From Dehalococcoidia bacterium (lineage in GTDB: Bacteria > Chloroflexota > Dehalococcoidia > Lucifugimonadales > UBA3495): a DNA stretch of 64,000 nucleotides. The position numbers and the translations under genes were made by a program. Location: assembly GCA_030740155.1 (NCBI GenBank), contig JASLXV010000038.1, positions 64,001 through 128,000 on the forward strand. The letters run 5' to 3'. Positions 47,465 through 57,138 of the stretch are shown in pieces. Positions within the stretch are counted from its first letter, which is position 1. Each line of letters starts with the position of its first letter. The notes beneath the pieces were generated by a model. The model worked only from the letters and a program-made list of their open reading frames with translations, did no database searches and was not told the origin of the DNA.

Positions 47465-48871
47465 TCATATAGATTCGATATCTTGCCGGTAAACCGTTAG
47501 AATTAGGCCATCTTTCCTGGATACCATAACTGATTCGCCCACCTCTATCACGCTACCATCTTCACTCTCCGCTGTCCAGGTTTCGCTCTCTACCCGGACC
47601 AAACCTCGGGGGGACAGTTCATCGATAACAGTGCCCATCATCCCTTCCAACGACGGCTTGACGGGCGGGCGTCCCTCTTTTCGAGATTGGTAGATCACTC
47701 GGAGCACGGACAGGAGGGTCAGGCCCAGCGCCCCCGCGGTGCCGCCCACCAGCCACCGGTTGACCGACACTGGCGGTAGAGTGGGTGACCCGCCGCCAAA
47801 CTGGGTAAACAGCAGCAGTCCGCCGACGGTAAAGCTGATTATGGAGCCGACGCCCAGGATACCGAAGCCGGCCACCTGGGTTTCCAGGACCGCCAGCAAG
47901 ATGGCCACGGCGATGAAGGCCACCCCGGCCCAGTTGATCGGCAGGTTGCCGAAAGCCAAAAAGGCCAGCATCAGGGATATGACGCCGACCACGCCGGGGG
48001 CGATCAGGCCGGGATTGAACACCTCGACGACGATGCCCAAGCTGCCCACGGTGAGCAGGATGAAGGAGATATTGGGGTCGGAGATGAACTCCAGGAAGTG
48101 TTCCAGCACGTTCTTTTCGAGCCGGCGCTGGGATAGGTCGCGGGTGTCCATGGTGTGGGAACCGGTGGCGGTCTGTACCGTCCGGCCGTGTAGCTGGGCC
48201 AGCAAGTCGTCCAGGTCGTCCGCGATGAAGTCCACCACATTGAACCCCACCGCCTCCCTGGCGCTGAAGGATGCAGCCTCCCGGACCGTCTCCTCCAGCT
48301 TGTCCTGGTTCCGTCCCCGCTCCTGGGCGATGCTGCGGATCAGCGCGGCCGCATCGTTGGTGACCTTGTTGGCCAGGGTCTCACCCAGGTCCTCACCGGT
48401 ACCGGAGATTGGCGTGGCCGCCCCGATGTTCGTGCCGGGAGCCATGACCGCGAAATGGCCCGCCGCGGTGATGAAGGTGCCCGCCGAGCCGGCCCGGGCT
48501 CCCCGGGGAGAGACGAAGACCGCCACCGGCACCGGGGATTCCAGCAACTCCTCTACTATCTTTCTAGTGGAGCTGAGCAGGCCTCCCGGGGTATCGAGTT
48601 CGATGATCAGGAGAGTGGCCCCGTCCTCTTGGGCCTGCTCGATGGCCCGGGCAATGAACCTCTCTTTGACCGGGTTGATAATGCCGTCCACCTCGGCCAC
48701 CAGGGCGTGAGGCGTCTGCGCAAGGGCCAGAGTAGAGCCTAGCAGTCCACTCAGCCCTACGGCCGCGAAGACGATAACCAGAGCTATCCGGGGCCAGCCG
48801 GACGAAAACACGGTCACGTACCTGTGGCCCGGTAGTTTCGGCGATGCGTCCGCTGTCGGGCCTACTTTCAT
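47465..48871 (-). CDS. NfeD-family membrane-bound serine protease
   Basis: LDTPGGL, AGSAGTFI, MAPGTNIGAA, TM block, C-terminal OB-fold (G.VRV..E.W.A). Confidence 0.92.
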   Translation of the reverse strand: MKVGPTADASPKLPGHRYVTVFSSGWPRIALVIVFAAVGLSGLLGSTLALAQTPHALVAEVDGIINPVKERFIARAIEQAQEDGATLLIIELDTPGGLLSSTRKIVEELLESPVPVAVFVSPRGARAGSAGTFITAAGHFAVMAPGTNIGAATPISGTGEDLGETLANKVTNDAAALIRSIAQERGRNQDKLEETVREAASFSAREAVGFNVVDFIADDLDDLLAQLHGRTVQTATGSHTMDTRDLSQRRLEKNVLEHFLEFISDPNISFILLTVGSLGIVVEVFNPGLIAPGVVGVISLMLAFLAFGNLPINWAGVAFIAVAILLAVLETQVAGFGILGVGSIISFTVGGLLLFTQFGGGSPTLPPVSVNRWLVGGTAGALGLTLLSVLRVIYQSRKEGRPPVKPSLEGMMGTVIDELSPRGLVRVESETWTAESEDGSVIEVGESVMVSRKDGLILTVYRQDIESI

Positions 48872-48953
48872 GATCCTTCACCGCTTGGGGGATGTCAATT
48901 GGGCTAGCTATCGGGGGAGGTTGACGACGGCATACGGAAGACCGCCGGAGTTC

Positions 48954-48981
48954 TTGACACCCAAGGCCATGGCTGTATAAT
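48954..48981 (+). promoter_or_regulatory. Sigma70-type promoter
   Basis: TTGACA-16 nt-TATAAT. Confidence 0.8.
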
Positions 48982-48996
48982 GAGACACAATCGGGA

Positions 48997-49013
48997 AATT
49001 GGTCTGACCACTT
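48997..49013. promoter_or_regulatory. FadR/GntR-type operator
   Basis: AATTGGTCTGACCACTT, a palindrome like PdhR/LldR boxes, between the promoter and the regulator start codon. Confidence 0.8.
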
Positions 49014-49713
49014 GGCAGTGACACGAGCAGAGCTTGACAAAGTCCGGCAGCGAAGGCTGTACGAGGATATCGTGCAGCAACTCCACTTGCTGATTCACCA
49101 GGGCACCCTGAGGCACGGGGCCCGCTTGCCCGCGGAGCGGGTGCTGGCGGAGCAGTTCAAGGTGAGCCGAAGCTCAATTCGGGAGGCCATCCGGTCGCTG
49201 GAACTGCAAGGCCTGATAGTGAGCAGGCGTGGCTCGGGCACCTTCATCAACACCGAGAACCTGGACTCGGTCGTGGCCTTGATCGCGTCGACACTAAGTT
49301 CCGGCACCGAGACCCTGAGGGAGATATTCGAGGTGCGCCACCTGCTGGAGCCGCAGATCGCGGCGGTGGCGGCTCAGCGGGCCAGCGAAGAAGAAGTACG
49401 GCGGCTGGGACAAATCCTGGAGGATCAGCAGCGGCAGATAACGGAAGGGAAGACGGGGATTGACGCCGACACCGCTTTCCACTTCACCCTCGCCTCCGCC
49501 ACCCACAACTCGGCGTTGGTAAAGGTGGTCAGCGCGGTGGAAGACATTCTCCGCCGCTCCCGCGATCAATCGTTTCAAGAGGCGGGGAGGCCCCAACGGT
49601 CTCTGGCCTCCCACCGCCTGATCCTGGAGATGGTGCGGGCCCGCGACGTAGAGGGGGCGCGAAGGGCGATGGAGCACCACCTGACATCGGTGGAACCGAG
49701 CGTTCAGCCCTGA
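49012..49713 (+). CDS. FadR/GntR-family transcriptional regulator
   Basis: RLPAERVLAEQFKVSRSSIREA, GSGTF, D.AFH, HN, MEHHL. Confidence 0.95.
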   Translation: MAVTRAELDKVRQRRLYEDIVQQLHLLIHQGTLRHGARLPAERVLAEQFKVSRSSIREAIRSLELQGLIVSRRGSGTFINTENLDSVVALIASTLSSGTETLREIFEVRHLLEPQIAAVAAQRASEEEVRRLGQILEDQQRQITEGKTGIDADTAFHFTLASATHNSALVKVVSAVEDILRRSRDQSFQEAGRPQRSLASHRLILEMVRARDVEGARRAMEHHLTSVEPSVQP

Positions 49714-49798
49714 ACTGTGTGCACCCCCCCCCTTTGTTAAAGGGGGGACAAAGGGGGGATTTGGAACTCTGATAGCTGAATCAAATGGAGGCCAGTAT

Positions 49799-50950
49799 AT
49801 GACCACAGTAGCTGTGGAGGTGGTGTACCGGGGTATCTATCAGAGGACCCTGGCCCGGAACATCGTTCGAGCCATCGTCTTCGCCGCGCGGAAGGAGGGC
49901 AAGATCGGCACCGCCTTCGGCCGGTATGGCGACTCCCCGGAACGCAACGGCATTCCAGCGAAACAGTTCGCCATCGTCGCCGACGGCCCGGAAGAGCTGG
50001 AGGAGAGCCTCGCCGTCTACGAGGCATCGGAAGTAGACGTCACCATCACCCTCGACGACACCTTGTGCAAGGGGATTGAGTCCTGGGCCTGGTACGGGTT
50101 TCAGCCCATTAACGAGCTGACCAAGTCCAACGGCACGTTGATAGTTACCTCCCGCCAAGATGTCGCCTCCTTGATAGAGGACATCCACCGGAAGGACCTT
50201 CCCTACAACTTGGCCGTCGTAACCGGTACGCCAAGCTATTCCGGCCTTTGGGTTTTCAAAGACGACCACACGGACGTGAGAGTCTTAGGCGCTTTGAGCC
50301 GGGTGTGTCCCCAGTTGGTGAGTCAGGAGTCGATGCTGGAGGCCATCCGGGAGCAGTACGGCAACGAGACCAAAGTGGCCTCGGCTACGAAGGCCCACGA
50401 CCGGGTGGCCCTCCGGCCGGTTGAGCCCGGCGAGGGCAAAGCGGAAGCGGGCGTTAAGTTTAACCTTCCCGGCTGGAAGGACATGGAAGAGGCCGTGGTG
50501 ATCCGGGCCATCGGGCCGGGCGGCGGCTTCCGGGGCGGCAGCGAGGGCTTCCAACCGGCGCGCAGCACCGTTTTCAACAAGTTCAGCACCCGCTCCATGC
50601 GCCCGGTAATAAACTTCGAGACCTGCACCAAGTGCACCCTGTGCTGGCTTCAGTGTCCGGACACCTGCTTCGACGCGACCCCGGACGGGCTCTATGACGC
50701 CGACATGGGGTCCTGCTGCGGCTGCGGCGTGTGCGAGGCCGTCTGCCCCGTTACTGACTGCATCACCATGGTGGGCGAGGCCCATTTCAGCGACAACGAT
50801 AGCCAATGGGAGTCCTGGCAAAAGGACAAGGGTGGCTACGGCCGTTGGCTGGCCGGCCTAATAGAAAAGGCGAAAGCGGAGAGCCGCACCCACGGCTTCC
50901 ACCACAAGGGACAATACGCCGAAGAGATCGCGGCGATGGGGGAGGTCTAA
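49799..50950 (+). CDS. 2-oxoacid:ferredoxin oxidoreductase gamma/delta fusion subunit (oxalate oxidoreductase-like)
   Basis: Gamma-like N-terminus (YGDSPER.GIP); two 4Fe-4S motifs CTKCTLCWLQCP and CCGCGVCEAVCP. Confidence 0.85.
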   Translation: MTTVAVEVVYRGIYQRTLARNIVRAIVFAARKEGKIGTAFGRYGDSPERNGIPAKQFAIVADGPEELEESLAVYEASEVDVTITLDDTLCKGIESWAWYGFQPINELTKSNGTLIVTSRQDVASLIEDIHRKDLPYNLAVVTGTPSYSGLWVFKDDHTDVRVLGALSRVCPQLVSQESMLEAIREQYGNETKVASATKAHDRVALRPVEPGEGKAEAGVKFNLPGWKDMEEAVVIRAIGPGGGFRGGSEGFQPARSTVFNKFSTRSMRPVINFETCTKCTLCWLQCPDTCFDATPDGLYDADMGSCCGCGVCEAVCPVTDCITMVGEAHFSDNDSQWESWQKDKGGYGRWLAGLIEKAKAESRTHGFHHKGQYAEEIAAMGEV

Positions 50951-52170
50951 TGACCACGACAACCCAGCTTTACCAGACCGAGCGGGAGGAGCTTATCAGC
51001 GGCAGTGAGGCGGTGGCCATCGCATGCGCCCTGGCCGACGTGGACGTGATAACCGCCTACCCGATCCGGCCATACGATACGGTGATGCAATACGTTTCGA
51101 AGCTGAAGGCCGACGGCGCCTTCGACTGTGACTTCATCGTCGCCGAGAGCGAGCACTCCCAGTTCGAGATCGTCAAGCACGCCTCGGCGGTGGGAGCCAG
51201 GACCTTTAGCGGCTCCAGCGGCGTGGGCTGGTTCTACGCCTTCGAGGCCATCACGGTCACCGCCGGGCTGCGCCTGCCAGTGGTGGCGATGGTGGGGAAC
51301 CGGGCGCTTGACGACCCCGGCGCCTTCGGCGTGGAGCATAACGACGCCCTGGCGGTCCGCGACCTGGGCTGGATGCTCTACTGGGTCGCCACGGCCCAAG
51401 AGGCGCTGGACATGGCGTTGCTGGCCTGGCGGGTGGCCGAGGACCCTCGGGTCTTGCTGCCATTCGCCCTGAGCTGCGACGGCTCGTTCCTGACCCACTC
51501 TCAGGCCATCGTCCAGGTGCCGGCCCGCGAGCAGGTGGACCGGTTCCTGCCTCCATACGACCGGGGCCGGCTTCAACTTCACCCAGACAACCCCATCACC
51601 GTGGCGCCCCAGGTGAACGAGGACTGGCTCATGGAGATTCGCCGCCAATCGGATGACGCAATGCGCCGGTCCGTCGCGGTGATCGAGGAAGCCTACGCTG
51701 AGTTCAAAGCCCTCTTCGGCCGGGGCGACCCGAGTCCCTTCATCGAAGAGTTCATGACCGAGGATGCGGAAATAATCATCGTGGGCATGGGCACCCTGGC
51801 GATGCCTACTCGGGTCGCCGTTCGCAAAATGAGGGAACAGGGCAAGAAGGTCGGGTTCTTGCGGCTCAAGTTCTTCCGGCCCTTCGCCACCGAGGAAGTG
51901 CGCCGGGCCCTCGGCGACTGCAAAGCCGTCTGCATCATCGACCGCGACTACTCCTACGGCTCGCCGTCCTTCGGCGGCGTCCTATTCAACGAGGTGCGGT
52001 CGGCGCTGTACTCGCTGGAGAAGCGCCCCATGACGTTGAACTTCATCGCCGGATTGGGCGGCCGGGAGATCAGGGTGCGGGACCTGGACCGAATGGTCGA
52101 AATCACCCAGCAGGCCGTCGATACCGGTAAAGTCGAGCAGGAAACAACCTGGATCGGAGTGAGGGAGTAA
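50950..52170 (+). CDS. 2-oxoacid:ferredoxin oxidoreductase alpha subunit (oxalate oxidoreductase-like)
   Basis: AYPIRPY, ESEHS, NRALDDPG, GLGGR; ATG overlaps the upstream TAA. Confidence 0.9.
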   Translation: MTTTTQLYQTEREELISGSEAVAIACALADVDVITAYPIRPYDTVMQYVSKLKADGAFDCDFIVAESEHSQFEIVKHASAVGARTFSGSSGVGWFYAFEAITVTAGLRLPVVAMVGNRALDDPGAFGVEHNDALAVRDLGWMLYWVATAQEALDMALLAWRVAEDPRVLLPFALSCDGSFLTHSQAIVQVPAREQVDRFLPPYDRGRLQLHPDNPITVAPQVNEDWLMEIRRQSDDAMRRSVAVIEEAYAEFKALFGRGDPSPFIEEFMTEDAEIIIVGMGTLAMPTRVAVRKMREQGKKVGFLRLKFFRPFATEEVRRALGDCKAVCIIDRDYSYGSPSFGGVLFNEVRSALYSLEKRPMTLNFIAGLGGREIRVRDLDRMVEITQQAVDTGKVEQETTWIGVRE

Positions 52171-52172
52171 GA

Positions 52173-53165
52173 ATGGCCACCGTGCAAGACCTACCCCAGA
52201 TCAGGGGTGTCAAGAACATACCCTTGCTAGAGGGTTATACTTCAGGCCACCGCACCTGTCAGGGTTGCGAGTCGGCCCTGGTGATGCGGCTGATGATCAA
52301 AGCGGCGGGACCGCGGAGCATCGTGCTGGGCAGCACCGGGTGCATGTACGTGGCCAACACCACCTACTACAGCACCCCCTGGGTGGTGCCCTGGATGCAC
52401 ACTCAGCTGGGGTCGTCAGGCTCTGCCGCCACCGGAACCGCGGCAGCCTTGTCTTCCATGATGCGCAAGGGCAAGATGAAGCAGGAACCCATCAACGTCA
52501 TCGCCTTCTGCGGCGACGGCGGCGGCGTGGACATGGGCCTCTCCGCCATCTCGGCCGCCCTCCAGCATGAGGAGTACAACCTGCTGATCCTCTGCTACGA
52601 CAACGAGTCCTACGCCAACACCGACATCCAGGCCTCGGGCAGCACCCCCTGGGGGGCCAATACCACCTTCAGCCCGCCGGGGAAGGTTCACCGCATCATG
52701 AACAACCGGTGGAAGAAGAACACCGCGCCGATGCTGGCCACCGGGCACCCCAACGTCCGCTACGTGGCCACGGCCTGCGGTTCCTACGGGCTGGACTTCA
52801 CCAACAAGGTGCGGCGGGCCCTCACCATCGGCGGCCCCACTTTCATCCACAGCATCAATCCCTGTCCCAAGGGTTGGGACTTCGACCCCAAGTACTCCCA
52901 CGAGTTGGGGATGCTGGCGGTGGAGACCGGCCTCTGGGTCCAGTACGAGATCATCGACGGGGAGCTGACCCTCAACGGGGCGTCCCGGGCCATCGCCCGG
53001 GGCATGCGGAAGCGGAAGCCGGTTGAAGAGTACCTGATCCGCCAGGGGCGCTTCGCCCACCTCATCCCGGAGGACATCGCGCTATTCCAGAGCAAGGTGG
53101 ACGAGACCTGGGAGAAGTGGTGGATACCGGGGCTGATCCCCTTCCGGGTGAAGGACGAGGAGTAG
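52173..53165 (+). CDS. 2-oxoacid:ferredoxin oxidoreductase beta (TPP-binding) subunit
   Basis: GHRTCQGC, TGCMYVAN, GDGG..D.G, YDNESYANT, PCPKGW. Confidence 0.92.
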   Translation: MATVQDLPQIRGVKNIPLLEGYTSGHRTCQGCESALVMRLMIKAAGPRSIVLGSTGCMYVANTTYYSTPWVVPWMHTQLGSSGSAATGTAAALSSMMRKGKMKQEPINVIAFCGDGGGVDMGLSAISAALQHEEYNLLILCYDNESYANTDIQASGSTPWGANTTFSPPGKVHRIMNNRWKKNTAPMLATGHPNVRYVATACGSYGLDFTNKVRRALTIGGPTFIHSINPCPKGWDFDPKYSHELGMLAVETGLWVQYEIIDGELTLNGASRAIARGMRKRKPVEEYLIRQGRFAHLIPEDIALFQSKVDETWEKWWIPGLIPFRVKDEE

Positions 53166-53169
53166 GTTC

Positions 53170-53538
53170 AACCCTCCGGAGTATCCGGGCCAACCCAGCG
53201 GAATAGGTAGGGGCAGGGTGTAGGGGCGCAGCATGCTGCGCCCCTACGGCGGGGCCGGCGTAATCCGGTGAAAGAATCCAGATGATGCCGTGGACATGAT
53301 TGGGCATAACCACGAAGGCATCAATCGCTGCGTTGGGAAAATGGCGTGGCAACGACCTCCAGCACTCGTCGACAATCTTGCCGAGCCTGCTGAGCCCCAT
53401 TTGGCCATCCTCTACTCCGCCAAGGATGCACTCCTTGTTCCGCACGCAGATTGTCACGAAGTAGGCCCCGGGTTGGGCGTAGTCGTAGCTTGGAAGCCGA
53501 ATGGACCGGCGGTGATGGCGTTCCGGGTCATAGGACAT
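53170..53538 (-). pseudogene. Truncated REP-associated tyrosine transposase (RAYT / IS200-like)
   Basis: HHRRSIRL..YDY...GAYFVTIC, FVVMPNHVHGII (HUH); catalytic-Tyr half absent; runs into a REP. Confidence 0.85.
53220..53247. repeat. GTAG-type REP palindrome
   Basis: GTAGGGGCGCAGCATGCTGCGCCCCTAC, a perfect palindrome. Confidence 0.85.
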
Positions 53539-54023
53539 CAAAGCACCGCCTTTCGCGCCGCATTGTCGGGGAAGGTATCGAACCAGCCCCTACTGCTCTT
53601 ATTGCCGACATCTCCGCAACTAGCTTCCGGACCCGTTCTGGGCTGTTGCTGGAATCCTCCTCCCGTCAACCCGCTGAGAACTTTCATCTCTTCCTGTGAG
53701 ACCTTCTCGCGAGGGCCCCGATATGAATGGTCGCCGCTTCGGCTAGATGATTCTCATCTACCCGAATGAATACGACCATAGCACATGAGTTTTGCGGTCC
53801 TCAACACTCATGTGTCACCAGCCATCACCCACCGGCGCGTCCTGCTTACCCCCAGGCCCCGGACTTATAAGCCGCGGTTCCCAGCGCGACGGTCATGTCG
53901 TAATCCGTCGCATTGACCCGGATTGGGAGACCGGATAAGATCCCTGTGTTCTCAGCGATGGTCCCGGCAGGCCTACGGGCCCGCGACACGGCCATCGGAT
54001 CTTGCGGGAAAGGAGTAACGGTT

Positions 54024-54317
54024 ATGCCGATGTACATAACGTTTCTGAACTACACCCAGCAGGGAATCAAGGACATCAAGAATGCCCCCAAGCGGGTGGC
54101 GGTGGCCCGCCGGGCCGTCGAGGCCTTCGGAGGGAAGATACATGCTTTCTACCTGACCATGGGGCAGTACGATGCGGTAACGATTATCGAGGCGCCCAGC
54201 GACGAGGCCGCCGCCGCCAACGCCCTGGCCGTAGGCGCCCAGGGCAACGTGAAGACAACGACGATGAGGGCGTTCACCGAGGAGGAGATGGCCGTGATCG
54301 TTGCCGGCCTGCCCTAG
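54024..54317 (+). CDS. GYD domain protein
   Basis: Y....NYTQQG, GG.....Y.TMGQYD, GNVKTTTMRAF. Confidence 0.9.
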   Translation: MPMYITFLNYTQQGIKDIKNAPKRVAVARRAVEAFGGKIHAFYLTMGQYDAVTIIEAPSDEAAAANALAVGAQGNVKTTTMRAFTEEEMAVIVAGLP

Positions 54318-54324
54318 CGTCCCC

Positions 54325-55263
54325 CTACGGTCCGCTGCCGGTGGCCCAAGCTCGGATCAGGTGGTGGGCGATGGCGATCGGTCCGGGAACCGCCAGGTTC
54401 TTGCTCTTGCCCTCCAGGGCCAGGAGAACCTCGTCTCGCTGGAACCACCTCACGTCCGCCATCTCTTCATCGTCCATCGAGATCTCCGTCGTCACTGCGT
54501 CGGCGTGACAACCTATCATCAGTGACGACGGGAAAGGCCAAGGCTGAGAAGAGTGGTAGCGGATGTCTGCTATCTTGATGCCCGCCTCCTCCATGACTTC
54601 TCTGGCCACGGCCTCCTCAATCGTTTCCCCCTGGTCCACGAATCCGGCCAGAGCGGAGTACCGGTTCGTACGCGAGAGGCGGCCACGAGATTGACCCAGC
54701 AGACAGCGGTCTTTATCTGCCACCACTGCTATGACCACGGGATCGGTGCGAGGGTAGTGCTCGGTATCGCAGTTCGAGCATAGCCGCACGTGCCCGCCAC
54801 GCTTCATAATTGTGTCGTGACCGCATATCGAGCAGAATCCGTTGCGGTTATGCCAGTTGATCTGGGCCCGTGCCTGGGCAACTATCCCAGAGTCCGGCCC
54901 ATTGAGATATTCGGTAACCGCCCGGGCGTCCTCAAATTTCCAGGCCCCGTTCTCCTGCAGCTCTCGTGCCGCATCGCCGTTCTTGGATATATCGATGGCG
55001 AAATGGGCCGTCTGGCCGCGCAAGCCTAGAAAGATTGCGGTTGCCTCGATTTCCAATCGATCCAGTCCATCGAAACCCAACCAACCAAGGCTGTCGTCCG
55101 AACCGTTGGAAATAAGCACCTTCAGGTCCCACAGCGGTAGGAACTTACTCCCGGGGTCCTTGGCTCTACCGGCTAACCACTTTTCATCACGGCGCTCCCG
55201 ATCTCCCCGGTCCAGTGGATTGCCCGCGAAAATATGTGAGATGTTCTGTTGCTTGTCGCTCAT
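54325..55263 (-). CDS. nudC: NAD(+)/NADH diphosphatase NudC
   Basis: C..CG, YPRTDP, AGFVDQGETIEEAVAREVMEEAG, SQPWPFPSSLM. Confidence 0.95.
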   Translation of the reverse strand: MSDKQQNISHIFAGNPLDRGDRERRDEKWLAGRAKDPGSKFLPLWDLKVLISNGSDDSLGWLGFDGLDRLEIEATAIFLGLRGQTAHFAIDISKNGDAARELQENGAWKFEDARAVTEYLNGPDSGIVAQARAQINWHNRNGFCSICGHDTIMKRGGHVRLCSNCDTEHYPRTDPVVIAVVADKDRCLLGQSRGRLSRTNRYSALAGFVDQGETIEEAVAREVMEEAGIKIADIRYHSSQPWPFPSSLMIGCHADAVTTEISMDDEEMADVRWFQRDEVLLALEGKSKNLAVPGPIAIAHHLIRAWATGSGP

Positions 55264-55651
55264 AACCTCATCCGCCCAGAGACATTACGCGGCGGTATCC
55301 TCTGGGGTAACCACGCTCCGGAAGCCGATTCAGAGAACCTCAGCGCCCCGATGTGTGCGGCACGACTTCGGGTCACGAAGCCGGCCGCCGATTTTATGGC
55401 CGCAGAGAGGATGAAGTAGCTAAATGATCTGGTTCCGCAGCGCATTAAATGAGCCTAACATGGGCCAACCACTCATAGCAAACAAAACCTTTGCCCAGGC
55501 CTCCTCCGCGGGATTCCGACGGAAGGGCGTCTCCCGGTCACCAGAAGTGCCGTTGAAGTTGACAGCCACTCAGAGGGATGCGTATTCTTGCGTCGGGGGA
55601 GGCACCGGCTCCCCACAATGAACGGGCATCGGCCCAACTGGGAGGTCCGAT

Positions 55652-57031
55652 ATGACCATCGTTGCTCAGGGAGTCACCGAACAACTGGTAGAGCATGCCA
55701 TCGCCCTGCCGGAAGAACGCATCCCAGCAGAGGCTCGCGAGGCTGCCAAGCGGCTATTCTTGGACTTTCTGGCTGTCGCCGTGGGAGGGAGATGGCTGGC
55801 CGAGTCGTCCTCCGTCATTCTCCAAGGGACCAAGCTCCTCGCGGGGTCCGGTTCCGGCCCCAGCACCATAATTGGGGAGGAGGGTGGCTACACGGCCCAG
55901 TACGCCGCGCTGGCTAACGGCGCCCTGGTGCACTCCATGGACTTCGACGACACCTACCAGGCGGCCTACCTCCACCCTGGAGCACCGGTCTTCGCCACCC
56001 TCCTGGCCCTGGCCGAGGCGGAAGGGAAAGGGGGGCCGGAGTTCCTCACGGCGGCCGTGGTGGGCTACGACGTAGCTTGCCGGATCGGGCGGGTGCCCGG
56101 CCCAAACATTATCCAGAGGGGCTTCCATCCCACGGGGATTGTGGGGATATTCGGGGCCACCGCCGCCGGGGCCCGGCTTCTCGGCCTCTCTCAAGCGCAA
56201 GCCGCCAACGCGCTGGGCATCAACATCAGCCAGGCGGCGGGGACCCAGCAGTTCCTGGTTAACGGCGCTTGGACCAAGCGGCTGCACGTGGGGCTGGCGG
56301 CTCACAACGCCATCTACGCTCTCACGTTTGCCGGCTTGGGGTTCCTGGGCTCAGCGAGCCCCCTGGAAGGGCGCGCCGGGCTGTATCACTGCTTCGCCGG
56401 TGAGGATCGGCCCGCCTTGGAGCTGGCGGTGGATGGGCTGGGAGACCAGTTCGAGGTGCAGAACACGGCCATCAAACCCTACCCCTGCTGCCGGATGATC
56501 CACGGCCCCCTGGACGCCGTGACGGAAATCCGGAAGGCCCATCGCCTCTCGCCTGAGGACGTGGCGGAGGTGGAGGTGGCCCTCTCACCGGAGGCCTACG
56601 GGGTTGTGGGGGAACCGGTGGACTTCAAGCGTGCCGCCACTACCGAAGTGGAGGGCCAGTTCAGCGTGTATTTCGGCAGCGCCGCCGCCTTGGTGGGCGG
56701 CGATTATTCCTGGCAGTCCTACCGGTTGCTCCAGGACCCGGCGGTGCGGGCCCTGATGCAGCAGGTCACGGCCCGGCCCGACGACTCCCTGCGGGGCTTC
56801 CAAAGCAGCGTGACGATCCGCACCAAGAGGGGCGACCGGCTCACCCTCGATGTTCCCTACCCCAAGGGAGAGCCGGAGAATCCCGTTTCTTGGGAGGACT
56901 TGGAGTCCAAAGTGAGGAGCCTGGCTGCGGAGCCCCTCGGCGCCCAACGCGTGGAGCAGTTGATCAGCTTGGTGCGTAACTTGGAATCGGTGGGCGACCT
57001 GCGGGAGGTGACCGCACTGTTGCGCCCGTAG
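55652..57031 (+). CDS. MmgE/PrpD family protein
   Basis: HSMDFDDT, HPG, RGFHPTG, LEG..G, KPYPCC, PKGEPENP. Confidence 0.93.
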   Translation: MTIVAQGVTEQLVEHAIALPEERIPAEAREAAKRLFLDFLAVAVGGRWLAESSSVILQGTKLLAGSGSGPSTIIGEEGGYTAQYAALANGALVHSMDFDDTYQAAYLHPGAPVFATLLALAEAEGKGGPEFLTAAVVGYDVACRIGRVPGPNIIQRGFHPTGIVGIFGATAAGARLLGLSQAQAANALGINISQAAGTQQFLVNGAWTKRLHVGLAAHNAIYALTFAGLGFLGSASPLEGRAGLYHCFAGEDRPALELAVDGLGDQFEVQNTAIKPYPCCRMIHGPLDAVTEIRKAHRLSPEDVAEVEVALSPEAYGVVGEPVDFKRAATTEVEGQFSVYFGSAAALVGGDYSWQSYRLLQDPAVRALMQQVTARPDDSLRGFQSSVTIRTKRGDRLTLDVPYPKGEPENPVSWEDLESKVRSLAAEPLGAQRVEQLISLVRNLESVGDLREVTALLRP

Positions 57032-57138
57032 AACCCGTCGCTCTCGAGCCGAGGGCCCGGATTAATTCTCTTGCCGGCGGCCCAGACCATCCCCGGGGGG
57101 GTGCGTCGAGCCCGGCATAGGTAGCAGAAGGAGGAGCC

